In this document: one piece after another, positions 1-8,817 of the stretch | Position numbering within the stretch: position 1 is the stretch's first letter | Layout of the letters: each line of letters begins with the position of its first letter | Origin: Bdellovibrionota bacterium | Lineage (GTDB): Bacteria; Bdellovibrionota_C; UBA2361; OMII01 | Assembly: GCA_044356215.1 (NCBI GenBank) | Contig: JBIKWQ010000053.1 | Span: forward strand, 1-24,577 | Direction of reading: 5' to 3' | Length of the DNA stretch: 24,577 bases | The notes under the pieces: model-generated | What the model saw: the letters and a program-made list of their open reading frames with translations, nothing else | Databases searched by the model: none | What the model was told of the DNA's origin: nothing | Position numbers and translations under genes: made by a program

Positions 1-315
1 ATAGCGCCTAGCCCAAAACCTACCACCTGTGTAACCAGGTTGATAACGCGGGACAGCACGAGCTACCGAGGAGTTAAAATCCCGCATAAAGTGAGCCCTA
101 TTGGCGTTAGGAAACATCGCAGCTTCCTGGGTGTGGGTTCCCTCAATAGATAATCCGTACAGACTAACCCCATAGCGGGTCGAGTAACGCGCCGCATAAC
201 CAAGGATCGCGTGCTCTAGCTCCCCGTTATTAACAAACCAGAGCTCAGAGTTCCTAGCCCGCGTGGTCAGGAAAGACGCGATCTCCCTACATTCTATTCT
301 TGCGTGGTAGCCCAT
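1..315 (-). CDS. Y1/HUH (REP-associated tyrosine transposase-like) protein, N-terminal 105 aa; runs off window start
   Basis: Not in ORF track (no stop in window). Manual translation from ATG 315 (in-frame ATG also at 330): MGYHARIECREIASFLTTRARNSELWFVNNGELEHAILGYAARYSTRYGVSLYGLSIEGTHTQEAAMFPNANRAHFMRDFNSSVARAVPRYQPGYTGGRFWARRY; 75/105 identical by ungapped hand alignment to the 18046-18984 product. Confidence 0.88.
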   Translation of the reverse strand, partial: MGYHARIECREIASFLTTRARNSELWFVNNGELEHAILGYAARYSTRYGVSLYGLSIEGTHTQEAAMFPNANRAHFMRDFNSSVARAVPRYQPGYTGGRFWARRY

Positions 316-434
316 AAATAATACACACATAGCTCAGCCGGCCTCGTGGCCGAGCTTTCCATGTATTATTCGATATAGTAGAGCGAGAAGTTTCGCGGCT
401 CTTGTCCGAGCCAAGCATAGCTGTTTCTACACCG

Positions 435-1003
435 CTACTCGGCCAGTGTGAACTTGCCCTGCCTTAGCTGGAATACGCTCTCCTGCTGTGGCGAAGAGCC
501 ACCTTCATTAAATGAGAATGTCTGACTAACCCCGATTAAACCCTTAGTATGCGCTATGCAGTCTCTCACCGCTACCGGCCTAGCTCCAACTTTCTTGGAA
601 CAAAGCGCGATGAGTTTTACACTGTCATATCCTGTAGCAACAAACCAAGACAGAGTGAGGGGCTTATTGAACTTCTTAGCATATGAGCCGGAAAGCTCCA
701 CCATCTTATCTCCTTTGGGATCTCCCATTTGGCTCTGATATATCCCGTCGAATACAGCCGGCACTTGCTTTACATGCTCCTCTGAAATCACGTCGGAAGA
801 TATTACTGGAACCGATGGATTTTGATGCCTTAGCTGAGAATAGAACGGGACGATATTATCGCCTACTGGAGAGTAAATATGGAGTACTGTCCTGTGAGAG
901 CCATTAGGGCTCCAATTCAGAGAGGTGGGGTATCTGAAAAAGCTACCTGCGCGAAAAGCGCCTGGCATAAGAGCAGAACTAAAAATGAACTACATGACCT
1001 CAT
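435..1003 (-). pseudogene. Disrupted ABC transporter substrate-binding protein (Leu/Ile/Val-binding family)
   Basis: ATG 1003 gives signal peptide MRSCSSFLVLLLCQALFAQVAFSDTPPL, then in-frame TGA (919-917), then IGALMALTGQYS (typical family N-terminus). Near 880 the homology shifts frame into the family C-terminus (ATGYDSVKLIA...GVSQTFSFNEGG, ORF 435..968). The middle of the protein is missing. Confidence 0.75.
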
Positions 1004-1086
1004 AGAACAACATAACATTAGCACAATAGAATACCTCGTTAGCCCCTATCAAGGTGCAGATTTGCGCAGCAAAACGGGGTGGAGAT

Positions 1087-1494
1087 TTAATTAATTATTG
1101 TCGGCGCGTCTGACATCAACAATCCACGCAATGCAAGCCCTAGCGCCAATCTAAAAGAAACTCCCTTGGATTCAATGTGGGCGTTTGACGCCTGTATAAC
1201 CGTTTTATAACACATCTGGTTATCTTTTAACTCCAGACCTGCGTGGAATAGAACTGCCTGCCTAGCCTCAAATTGAGTCAACATCTGCTCTACCGTCGGT
1301 AGCCAGACGAAACAGGAACGCAGCTCTTCAGGGGACATTCCCTGAGGATCTACTAGAATTGCTATTGGGTGCTTACCATCTCGGTCTGCGACCTCATCCC
1401 CGATCTCGGGATTCCAACAGAGGCCTGCCGCCTCCAAATCATGCGCTACGTAGATAAATTGGTCGGGGGTAATTACAGCTTTGCTCATGCTCAT
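1087..1494 (-). CDS. Hypothetical protein (about 135 aa)
   Basis: Open frame 1087..1596; ATG 1494 is preceded by AGGGA and is the likelier start; no recognised motif. Confidence 0.65.
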   Translation of the reverse strand: MSMSKAVITPDQFIYVAHDLEAAGLCWNPEIGDEVADRDGKHPIAILVDPQGMSPEELRSCFVWLPTVEQMLTQFEARQAVLFHAGLELKDNQMCYKTVIQASNAHIESKGVSFRLALGLALRGLLMSDAPTIIN

Positions 1495-1698
1495 ATCCCT
1501 TTGAAGGAGAATCGTCACTTCATAGCTGGCACTAAACAATTCAGCGCTAACTTTACTGAGAAGATAAACCTCTGTTACAACTCGAGAAATCGTCACGTAA
1601 ACAATAAGTTTCCGTAACTTCTCTTATGAAATAGGGTCGTCCTCCTGTAGATCTTTTGATGCGGGTAAAACTGCAAGAGACTCAGAGAGTTTCTAAAA

Positions 1699-1941
1699 TT
1701 AGTCACTCTTATCTTCCGCAATGAGCAGAACGAGCTGATACGCGATTAGAGCTATGCAAGATAAAAATAGAGCCAATTTGTAGAACGTCACTATCAAGAC
1801 TCCTAGGATAAAACCCAGCAGCGATGCCTTTTCGCCGTTCTCTCTGACATAGGAACGCACCTCTTCCAGCCGATCCTTAAAATAGCTCTGCCACTCAGCC
1901 TTGGTCCTGCGCCTGATCGATACAAGCAAAGTGTTGAACAT
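1699..1941 (-). CDS. Small membrane protein, hypothetical
   Basis: 80 aa with a charged helical N-terminus and a hydrophobic C-terminal stretch (about two TM segments). Confidence 0.7.
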   Translation of the reverse strand: MFNTLLVSIRRRTKAEWQSYFKDRLEEVRSYVRENGEKASLLGFILGVLIVTFYKLALFLSCIALIAYQLVLLIAEDKSD

Positions 1942-1950
1942 ACAGATATC

Positions 1951-1977
1951 TCTCTACACTACTATCTCTACACTACT
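1951..1977. repeat. Tandem duplication of TCTCTACACTACT (14-bp period)
   Basis: Exact copies at 1951-1963 and 1965-1977. Confidence 0.85.
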
Positions 1978-2063
1978 CCTGGTGATGACGAGGCGGAGGT
2001 AACTTTAGTCGCGGAATTATTACCCTCGGTTGTAAAAGCTCACAATAGTTGATCCTTTCCAAG

Positions 2064-2084
2064 AGTGATCTCCATCACTATACT
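2064..2084 (+). promoter_or_regulatory. CRP/FNR-like palindrome abutting a putative -10 box upstream of cytochrome c
   Basis: AGTGAT-CTCC-ATCACT perfect palindrome (2064-2079; GTGA-N6-TCAC core); TATACT at 2079-2084. Confidence 0.45.
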
Positions 2085-2148
2085 ATCGCTTAGAAGAGAC
2101 GTATAGCCTGAGCAAAAAACTTCCTAACGGAAGAATCTGGAGATTAGT

Positions 2149-2502
2149 ATGAAAAGATATCTTGTATTAACATCAACCTTAATCGCCGCATCCTTTGCAT
2201 CACCTGCTTTCGCTGCCGATGCGGCGAAGGGCCAGGCGCTCTACAGCCAGAGGTGCGCTATGTGCCACGGAGATAAGGGAGCCGGAGATGGGGCTCTAGC
2301 AGCGACGATGCCCGAGGGGCAGAAGCCGCGAAATCTCGCGGCTGGTCAAAACAAGTTCGCAACAGATGATGCCAAACTCAAAGAACTCATCAAAAAGGGG
2401 GGCGCTGCCGTAGGTCTTAGCGTTCTAATGCCAGCTCAGGCCGATCTTTCGGATGAGCAGTTGGGCGATGTAGTGGCATTTTTAAACTCTCTAAAGAAAT
2501 AG
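2149..2502 (+). CDS. Class I monoheme cytochrome c, exported
   Basis: Signal peptide ending AFA-A, CAMCH heme motif, distal Met in LMPA; GGAG RBS. Confidence 0.93.
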   Translation: MKRYLVLTSTLIAASFASPAFAADAAKGQALYSQRCAMCHGDKGAGDGALAATMPEGQKPRNLAAGQNKFATDDAKLKELIKKGGAAVGLSVLMPAQADLSDEQLGDVVAFLNSLKK

Positions 2503-2517
2503 GGATTGAATTCCATA

Positions 2518-2543
2518 GGGGACGCTCTTCTCAGAGCGTCCCC
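2518..2543 (+). terminator. 11-bp GC-rich hairpin after cytochrome c (terminator or mRNA-stabilising stem)
   Basis: GGGGACGCTCT-TCTC-AGAGCGTCCCC; no clear U-tract. Confidence 0.55.
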
Positions 2544-2563
2544 AGTTAAAATGGCATGACTCA

Positions 2564-4459
2564 ATGACCAGCGCGGAACCGTCTCACTACGCAAACGTAA
2601 AGGATGCAAGAAACATCGCTGACGCCTTCTGGAAGCGCGTGGCCCGCGAACCAGATACAGTTATATATCGCTACGCCCTAGCCTCGTCCGCATCTTCAGC
2701 TAGGATATGGAAAGAGGAAACTTACCGAGAAGCTGGGGTCAAGATTGCTCGCCTGGCTCATTACCTCAAGGCAAAAGGTGTTGGTGCTGGTACAACTGTC
2801 GCGATTCTCTCTAACACACGAACCGAATGGATGTTGGCTGATATGGCGGCTCAGACACTCGGGGCTATCGTTGTGAGTGTATATCAGTCTCTTACCGCGG
2901 CTGAGGCTGGATTTATCTTATATGACTCGAAGTCATCGTTTATATTTATTGAGAACGAAGAGCAAGCCCGCAAGATAGATTGGCTAAAGACAAACCCCTG
3001 TCCTATACCTGAGCGTGAAGATATACCGGCGTCAAATGAAAGACTCAACTTTTCAACCATAGTCGCGTTCGAAAACATTTCCACACTAAGTGGAATTGAT
3101 GTCGTGAGAGAAATCGTTGAGAACAGTGTGCTTCCCTCCTCACCACCAGCTACTCCCGCTGAGATTGATCGCTCTTCGGTCGCATCATACGTGTATACGT
3201 CTGGTACGACCGGTCCCCCTAAAGGAGTTATCCAAACTCACGGAAATCATCTTACCAACGTTGAACAAGCAGCTATAAGCGGCGTATTCGCTGGAGATGG
3301 CTCTCTGTTTCTGTACCTACCTCTAGCTCACTCGTTCGCACGCTTGATCTATTACATTGGATATCTAACATCTAGCTCATTGGTGCTGCCCGCGATTATA
3401 GATCACCACTCATCAAAACTAGACCTAGCTTCTATTGCCCGCGATATTCGTGAAGGCAGCGCTACTGTCGTGCCATCAGTTCCCCGTCTATTTGAGAAGA
3501 TGGCGAGCGCAATTAAGACACGCGCTGCGGGAAGAGGACTATCAAGCAAGATATTGCGTATCTGCTTAAAAAACGCGGAAAAGCATCGGGCAATCCAGTC
3601 TGCTGGGAAGCAGCTCGGGATAATCGACTCAATAATTTTTACAGCGCTTGATGGAATAAGAAAAAAGGTTTCCGCGCAACTCTTTGGACAGAATTTTAAA
3701 CACGGAGTTTCAGGCGGGGCTCGCCTTGATCCTGAAGTAAACAAATTCTTTGACGCGCTTGGAATAACTATTTGTGAGGGTTACGGATTAACAGAAACGT
3801 GCGTGGCTACCCACGTCAATCTGCCCGAAAGACGAAGGATTGGTAGTGTTGGTCCAGCATTCAAATGGGTTGAGACATTCATATCTCCCGAAGACAACGA
3901 GATCTGGTTGCGAGGGCCTAACGTCACTCAAGGATACCTCAACCGCCCCAAGGCTACCGCCGAAGCATGGATCGATGATGGCTGGTTTAAAACAGGCGAT
4001 GTGGGCAGATTAGACGATGAAGGTTTTCTTTACATCACCGACCGAAAAAAGGAGCTTGTAATTACCGCGGGGGGCAAGAAGATTCCACCAACCGAGCTTG
4101 AGGGAGTCTTTAAACGATATCCATTCGTCTCTCACGCGTTTCTTTACGGAGACGGAAAGCCATTCTGCGTCATGTTGTTTACCACAAACGATCTAGAGCT
4201 ACGAGCACAACTACAGGCAGAAGGAATTACGGTCCGTCAAGAGGACACGCTATCAACACACCCTGCTGTTCTGAAGAGGTTGGAGAAGGCCGTGTCTGAA
4301 GTAAACGAGTCTCTTGCCAGCTATGAGACAATCAAAAGGTTCATTATCCTCGATGAGGACTTTAGTATTGAGAACGGTCTCTTGACTCCTACACTAAAGA
4401 TGAAACGAAAACTAATAGTCCAGCGATACTCTCAAGTTATCGACTCTCTATACGATTAG
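2564..4459 (+). CDS. Long-chain fatty acid-CoA ligase (AMP-binding)
   Basis: YTSGTTGPPKG, EGYGLTET, GWFKTGDVG, DRKKELVITAGGK and LTPTLKMKR motifs. Confidence 0.93.
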   Translation: MTSAEPSHYANVKDARNIADAFWKRVAREPDTVIYRYALASSASSARIWKEETYREAGVKIARLAHYLKAKGVGAGTTVAILSNTRTEWMLADMAAQTLGAIVVSVYQSLTAAEAGFILYDSKSSFIFIENEEQARKIDWLKTNPCPIPEREDIPASNERLNFSTIVAFENISTLSGIDVVREIVENSVLPSSPPATPAEIDRSSVASYVYTSGTTGPPKGVIQTHGNHLTNVEQAAISGVFAGDGSLFLYLPLAHSFARLIYYIGYLTSSSLVLPAIIDHHSSKLDLASIARDIREGSATVVPSVPRLFEKMASAIKTRAAGRGLSSKILRICLKNAEKHRAIQSAGKQLGIIDSIIFTALDGIRKKVSAQLFGQNFKHGVSGGARLDPEVNKFFDALGITICEGYGLTETCVATHVNLPERRRIGSVGPAFKWVETFISPEDNEIWLRGPNVTQGYLNRPKATAEAWIDDGWFKTGDVGRLDDEGFLYITDRKKELVITAGGKKIPPTELEGVFKRYPFVSHAFLYGDGKPFCVMLFTTNDLELRAQLQAEGITVRQEDTLSTHPAVLKRLEKAVSEVNESLASYETIKRFIILDEDFSIENGLLTPTLKMKRKLIVQRYSQVIDSLYD

Positions 4460-4468
4460 CACCCAGTA

Positions 4469-5242
4469 CTACCAATATTTCTCTACATGCAGATTTCCTG
4501 GGCTCTTTTTAGAATGCACCACGAACCCTCTGCTAACTAGATGTCGTTCCATATCCTCAATCATCGCGGGATTACCACACAAAAATACCGAGTCCTGCTC
4601 AGGGTTCGGCGAAACCAAGCCCTCATCAAAAAGCCGCTGGATGCGTCCTTTGTGGCCTATATAATCATCACCTGCTCGGCTTGCTATCGGAAGATAGACC
4701 AGATCTCGATCGCGTTTCTGATAATCACTTAATTCATCTGAATAGGCAAAATCGGCTGGAAATCGCACACCATGAATAACAGTGACCCGACGGCTCGGTG
4801 TCCAAACATCATCTGTTCGAACCATAGACATAAACGGCGCAAGACCAGTCCCAGTTGACACCAAGACAAGGTTACGATTGGGCTCGATTCCCTCTAATGT
4901 AAATGTTCCAGTCACCTTGGGCTGCGTGAATAAACGATCGCCAACATTTAGAGCAGCCAGTCTTGTAGTGAGAGCACCAGTAGGAACTACCGCTACATAA
5001 AACTCAAGATAGTCTCGCTGAATCGGCGATGAGCCTATTGAGTAAGCCCGCTTAATCAGTTTGTCAGGGGCAGGAGCTTCTACCTCTGGCTCTGCACCGC
5101 TGTACCTCGAGGCCGCTCCCATCAATCCGAGCGCAATATATTGACCCGGCTTGAAATCCGGCACGCCAGCGTCCGGTTTAACACGTAAGATAAGCAGGTC
5201 GAGCGTTACTTCTATTCTTTCTATGAGAGTTGAATTTAGCAT
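4469..5242 (-). CDS. fpr: Ferredoxin(flavodoxin)-NADP+ reductase, bacterial type
   Basis: RAYSIGS, TGTGLAPFMSM, FLCGNPAMI and terminal EKYW; start at 5242 chosen (ORF extends to 5290). Confidence 0.9.
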   Translation of the reverse strand: MLNSTLIERIEVTLDLLILRVKPDAGVPDFKPGQYIALGLMGAASRYSGAEPEVEAPAPDKLIKRAYSIGSSPIQRDYLEFYVAVVPTGALTTRLAALNVGDRLFTQPKVTGTFTLEGIEPNRNLVLVSTGTGLAPFMSMVRTDDVWTPSRRVTVIHGVRFPADFAYSDELSDYQKRDRDLVYLPIASRAGDDYIGHKGRIQRLFDEGLVSPNPEQDSVFLCGNPAMIEDMERHLVSRGFVVHSKKSPGNLHVEKYW

Positions 5243-5327
5243 GGAGTACGTATACCCTGATTCCGGAAAAAAATGAACCTCCGGCGGCATTTTTGCTGTC
5301 TTAAATCGCTCATCCGGTCCATAACAG

Positions 5328-5786
5328 ATGAATATCGTTCTTGTAGAACCACAAATACCTCAGAATACGGGCTCGATATCACGCACCTGCGCCGCGACTG
5401 ATACCCCTTTGCATTTAGTAGAGCCGCTTGGTTTTGAAATAACTGAAAAGGCTGTAAGGCGTGCTGGACTGGACTACTGGCCTCACGTAAAGCTGTTTCG
5501 GCATAGTTCGTGGAGTGACTATCTGGAAAGCGCTAAGCCAGATAAGGTTTGGCTCTTCTCGAAATTCGGAGAGCGGCTATATACCACAGCAGAGTTCGGA
5601 CCAAACGATGCCCTGGTCTTCGGTAGCGAAACAAAAGGACTAGGCAAAGACTTCCTCGCTAATTATCCGAGCTCGCAAATCCTTAGAATCCCAATAGTCA
5701 CCGAGTACGTTCGCAGTCTAAACCTGAGCAACGCGGTATCAATTGCTTTATATGAGGCGAGGCGGCAGTTAGGGATGGATCAGTAA
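5328..5786 (+). CDS. trmL: tRNA (cytidine(34)-2'-O)-methyltransferase
   Basis: EPQIPQNTG, RRAGLDYW, FGSETKGL and RSLNLSNAV SPOUT motifs. Confidence 0.93.
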   Translation: MNIVLVEPQIPQNTGSISRTCAATDTPLHLVEPLGFEITEKAVRRAGLDYWPHVKLFRHSSWSDYLESAKPDKVWLFSKFGERLYTTAEFGPNDALVFGSETKGLGKDFLANYPSSQILRIPIVTEYVRSLNLSNAVSIALYEARRQLGMDQ

Positions 5787-5825
5787 TCCGAACTTTAGCA
5801 CCCTTGCCCCCTTCTCACGCCCCCC

Positions 5826-5891
5826 TTCTCAGAGACCGCGCGGACGTCGTTTCAGCTAGTTACCGATTTTCGCTCTCTCAGAGACCGCGCG
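5826..5891 (+). repeat. REP-like direct-repeat doublet (dispersed copy)
   Basis: TCTCAGAGACCGCGCG at 5827-5842 and 5876-5891; same repeat family as flanks the transposase at 17.8/19.2 kb. Confidence 0.85.
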
Positions 5892-5980
5892 TAGACGCTA
5901 TAAAGTCACACCTAACAACAAAACAGCCCGAGTCTTGTTCCCAATCAGACCTGGAATTTCCTATCCCATGAACCAAAACC

Positions 5981-6005
5981 TTAAGAACCGGGCCTAATCA
6001 GCCGA
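5981..6005 (+). promoter_or_regulatory. Possible sigma-28 (FliA)-type promoter
   Basis: TAAG-N15-GCCGA versus consensus TAAA-N15-GCCGATAA; upstream of the hybrid kinase. Confidence 0.3.
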
Positions 6006-6027
6006 CCCCCTTACTCGGGGGGACTGA

Positions 6028-8817
6028 ATGAGGAAACCACCTAACGAGCAAGAGCGTCTAGCGCGCTTGAGGGCGCTTAATGTCCTAGACCCGGGACTTG
6101 ATGTCCCGCTCCAATCAATAGCGACCCTTGCCGCTCAGATCGCAGGATGCTCGATAGCCTTCATCTCATTTATAGAGAGCACTAAACAGATATTCCGCAC
6201 CACAATTGGATTTGATAAAGGAATTGATATCTCTCGCGAAGAGTCGATCTGCGCCGAGACGGTTTTAAGCGACTCCCCCCTTCGTATCGACGATCTGCTT
6301 GCCGAACGACAACTAAAGAGCTGCCTATTGGCGCGTCCCCCGCATAACTTCAGATTTTATGCCGGCTTTCCACTGACCACCAAGGACCACCTGATAATCG
6401 GTACCCTCTGCGTAGCCGACACAACACCGAAAAAGAACATATCGAGTGAGGCTTTTAAGACTCTGGAGAACCTGGCGTTACATATTGTTGCTCAGGTCGA
6501 ACTACACAACAAACTCTCCGCAGTTCAAAGAACGATCTCATCACTCGAAGATAGCGAGCAACGCTTCCGCCGTATTGCTGACGCCTCGCCTGTTCTGCTT
6601 TGGATCTCAGATCAAGCCGGAAACAGAACCCTATCCAATAAAGCGTGGTGTGACTTTACCGGACTATCTCAAGAGCAAAGTCTTGCCGACTGCTGGCGGG
6701 AGTCAGTTCACGTCGACGATCGCGGAGTCTACCAAGCGAAATGGACTCAAATTGTTAAGACTCAGAGCAAGTTTCAACATGAATACCGACTTAGGCACGT
6801 AAGTGGCACATACAGATGGGTAATGGAGCAAGCCATCCCTCTCTTCTCGTCAGCGGGCCGCCTCGAGGCTTACGTGTCTTCGTGCGTTGACCTGAGCCTG
6901 CGAAGCTCAGACGAGCTTCAGTATCAACACAATGAGGCACGATTTAGGGCAGTAAGCGAGGCCGCGCCGCTTGGTATAGTGGTAACTGACTCCAACGGCA
7001 ACTGCATCTACTCTAACGGACGTTTTCAGGCGATCTCTGGATTAAGTATAGAAGAGTGCCTAGGCTCCGGATGGCTTAAACGTATTCATCCTGATGATTA
7101 CGATGGAATATCAACCGCATGGGCTCAGGCCAATAAAACCGCGAGATCGTTTGAACATGTTCTACGCTATCAACGTTCGGACGGCGGAATATCCTGGTGC
7201 AACCTAAAGGCCGCGGCTATTAACGCTACTGACACCGTAAGTGGTTGGGTCTCAACTATCGAAGACATTACTGAAAAGCGTCAAGCGGAAGAGGAGCTAA
7301 AAGCGGCCAAACAAGCGGCTGAGGCGGCCACTTTAGCTAAAAGTCAGTTTTTAGCTAACATAAGCCATGAGATTCGCACTCCTCTAACTGCTATTATTGG
7401 ATTTGCGGATGCACTCCGCGAGGAGGCTCGAGTTGAGCCATCTCATCGACATTGTTTGGATGTCATTCTAAACAACGGTCGCCACCTCTTAAGTATAATT
7501 AATCAGATCCTCGACCTATCCAAGATAGATGCTGGAGCTCTTACCATCGAACATTCAGCGTGCGCCTTAGTGGATTTAGTAGAGGAGCTAAAAATCATGT
7601 TCGCTCCAACTGCCGCTGAAAAATCGATCTCCTTCAACGTACACTACAACTGGCCTCTGCCTCGTTCAATCACCACTGATCCATTAAGACTCAAACAGAT
7701 CTTGATTAACTTAATAGGTAACGCCATTAAATTCACTTCTGATGGCGGCGTGGATGTATCGGTCTCATGGAATCAGGACAGACATCAGGTCGCGTTCGAG
7801 ATCTCTGATACAGGGATCGGATTGACCAGGGAAGAAGTGGAGAACCTCTTTAAACCGTTTTATCAAGCCAATCAGTCTGCCACTCGATCATTCGGCGGTA
7901 CCGGACTTGGACTAAGCATATCTAGACGGCTAATCAATGCCTTGGGGGGTGCAATAAATGTAAGCTCGGAACCCAACATAGGCTCAACTTTCTCATTTGA
8001 GATCCAATCTTACGGAGAACGAAACAACACACATCTACAACGGGCTACAAACGACTCACCGACCGCAATCGACAACTTTAGACATGAGATTCCGCGCCTA
8101 GAAGGCAGGATCCTCTTCGCAGACGACGCTCTAGACAATCGAAGGTTAGTTGAGCACCTTATAAGGAAGACTGGAGCTCGAATCACTATGGTTGAAAATG
8201 GACAAGAGGCGACGCGGGTCGCCACGGAGGAAGCCTTCGACCTTATATTGATGGATGTTCAGATGCCCTTGGTCGATGGCTTAACAGCAACTCGCCAGAT
8301 CCGGTCAGCGGGAGTAAAAACCCCGATTGTGGCTGTCTCCGCTGGAGCGATGACATCAGATGTAGAGCAAGCTTTAGAGGCCGGATGTTGCATGCATCTT
8401 AGCAAGCCATTTGATCGGAAAGCGTTTTATCTTCTGATAAGTAAATATCTACCGTCTGCGGCGAATACAAAAAGCGACGCCCCCATCCTTTCTTCAATAG
8501 AAGATGAGGATATTGAGATGCGAGAATTGATAAATGAATTCGTCGCGAGCCTACCTAGCCGCCTAGCTGAAATCAACAGCTCTTCAAAAGACGGGGACTG
8601 GCAGAAGCTTGCCGCTCTGGCTCACAAACTGAAAGGGAGTTCTGGAATGTACGGCTTCCAAGAGTTAGCTGGCGCGGCGAGCGCGTTAGAAAAAGCGGCC
8701 AAAGATCACAATCAATCAATCACGGCATCCTGTCAGGAAAAAATAACCGACCTGATCAGACGCGTTAAACCAAGTTCTGACGCGAATCAAGCGCCCTCTC
8801 ATGAGCTACCAGTTTAA
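6028..8817 (+). CDS. Cytoplasmic hybrid sensor histidine kinase (GAF-PAS-PAS-HisKA-HATPase-REC-HPt)
   Basis: GAF (RFYAGFPL...GTLCVAD), two PAS/PAC repeats, H-box SHEIRTPL, NLIGNAIKF, DTGIG, GGTGLGL, receiver LMDVQMP, HPt AHKLKGSSG; no obvious TM segment. Confidence 0.93.
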   Translation: MRKPPNEQERLARLRALNVLDPGLDVPLQSIATLAAQIAGCSIAFISFIESTKQIFRTTIGFDKGIDISREESICAETVLSDSPLRIDDLLAERQLKSCLLARPPHNFRFYAGFPLTTKDHLIIGTLCVADTTPKKNISSEAFKTLENLALHIVAQVELHNKLSAVQRTISSLEDSEQRFRRIADASPVLLWISDQAGNRTLSNKAWCDFTGLSQEQSLADCWRESVHVDDRGVYQAKWTQIVKTQSKFQHEYRLRHVSGTYRWVMEQAIPLFSSAGRLEAYVSSCVDLSLRSSDELQYQHNEARFRAVSEAAPLGIVVTDSNGNCIYSNGRFQAISGLSIEECLGSGWLKRIHPDDYDGISTAWAQANKTARSFEHVLRYQRSDGGISWCNLKAAAINATDTVSGWVSTIEDITEKRQAEEELKAAKQAAEAATLAKSQFLANISHEIRTPLTAIIGFADALREEARVEPSHRHCLDVILNNGRHLLSIINQILDLSKIDAGALTIEHSACALVDLVEELKIMFAPTAAEKSISFNVHYNWPLPRSITTDPLRLKQILINLIGNAIKFTSDGGVDVSVSWNQDRHQVAFEISDTGIGLTREEVENLFKPFYQANQSATRSFGGTGLGLSISRRLINALGGAINVSSEPNIGSTFSFEIQSYGERNNTHLQRATNDSPTAIDNFRHEIPRLEGRILFADDALDNRRLVEHLIRKTGARITMVENGQEATRVATEEAFDLILMDVQMPLVDGLTATRQIRSAGVKTPIVAVSAGAMTSDVEQALEAGCCMHLSKPFDRKAFYLLISKYLPSAANTKSDAPILSSIEDEDIEMRELINEFVASLPSRLAEINSSSKDGDWQKLAALAHKLKGSSGMYGFQELAGAASALEKAAKDHNQSITASCQEKITDLIRRVKPSSDANQAPSHELPV

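Noticed and set aside
398..406. GCTCTTGTC shared by the upstream regions of both transposases (also 17943-17951)
   Set aside because: Only 9 nt and in opposite orientation relative to the two genes.
917..919. TGA recoding (alternative genetic code or selenocysteine)
   Set aside because: TGA ends other genes here (helicase, Nudix, folP), and the gene is also frameshifted and deleted.
1989..1999. CGAGGCGGAGG also found inverted at 17796-17806
   Set aside because: An 11-nt low-complexity match with no extension; compatible with chance.
5826..5891. Mini-CRISPR array
   Set aside because: Only two 16-nt repeats, no cas genes in the window, and the same repeat flanks the transposase with much shorter spacers.
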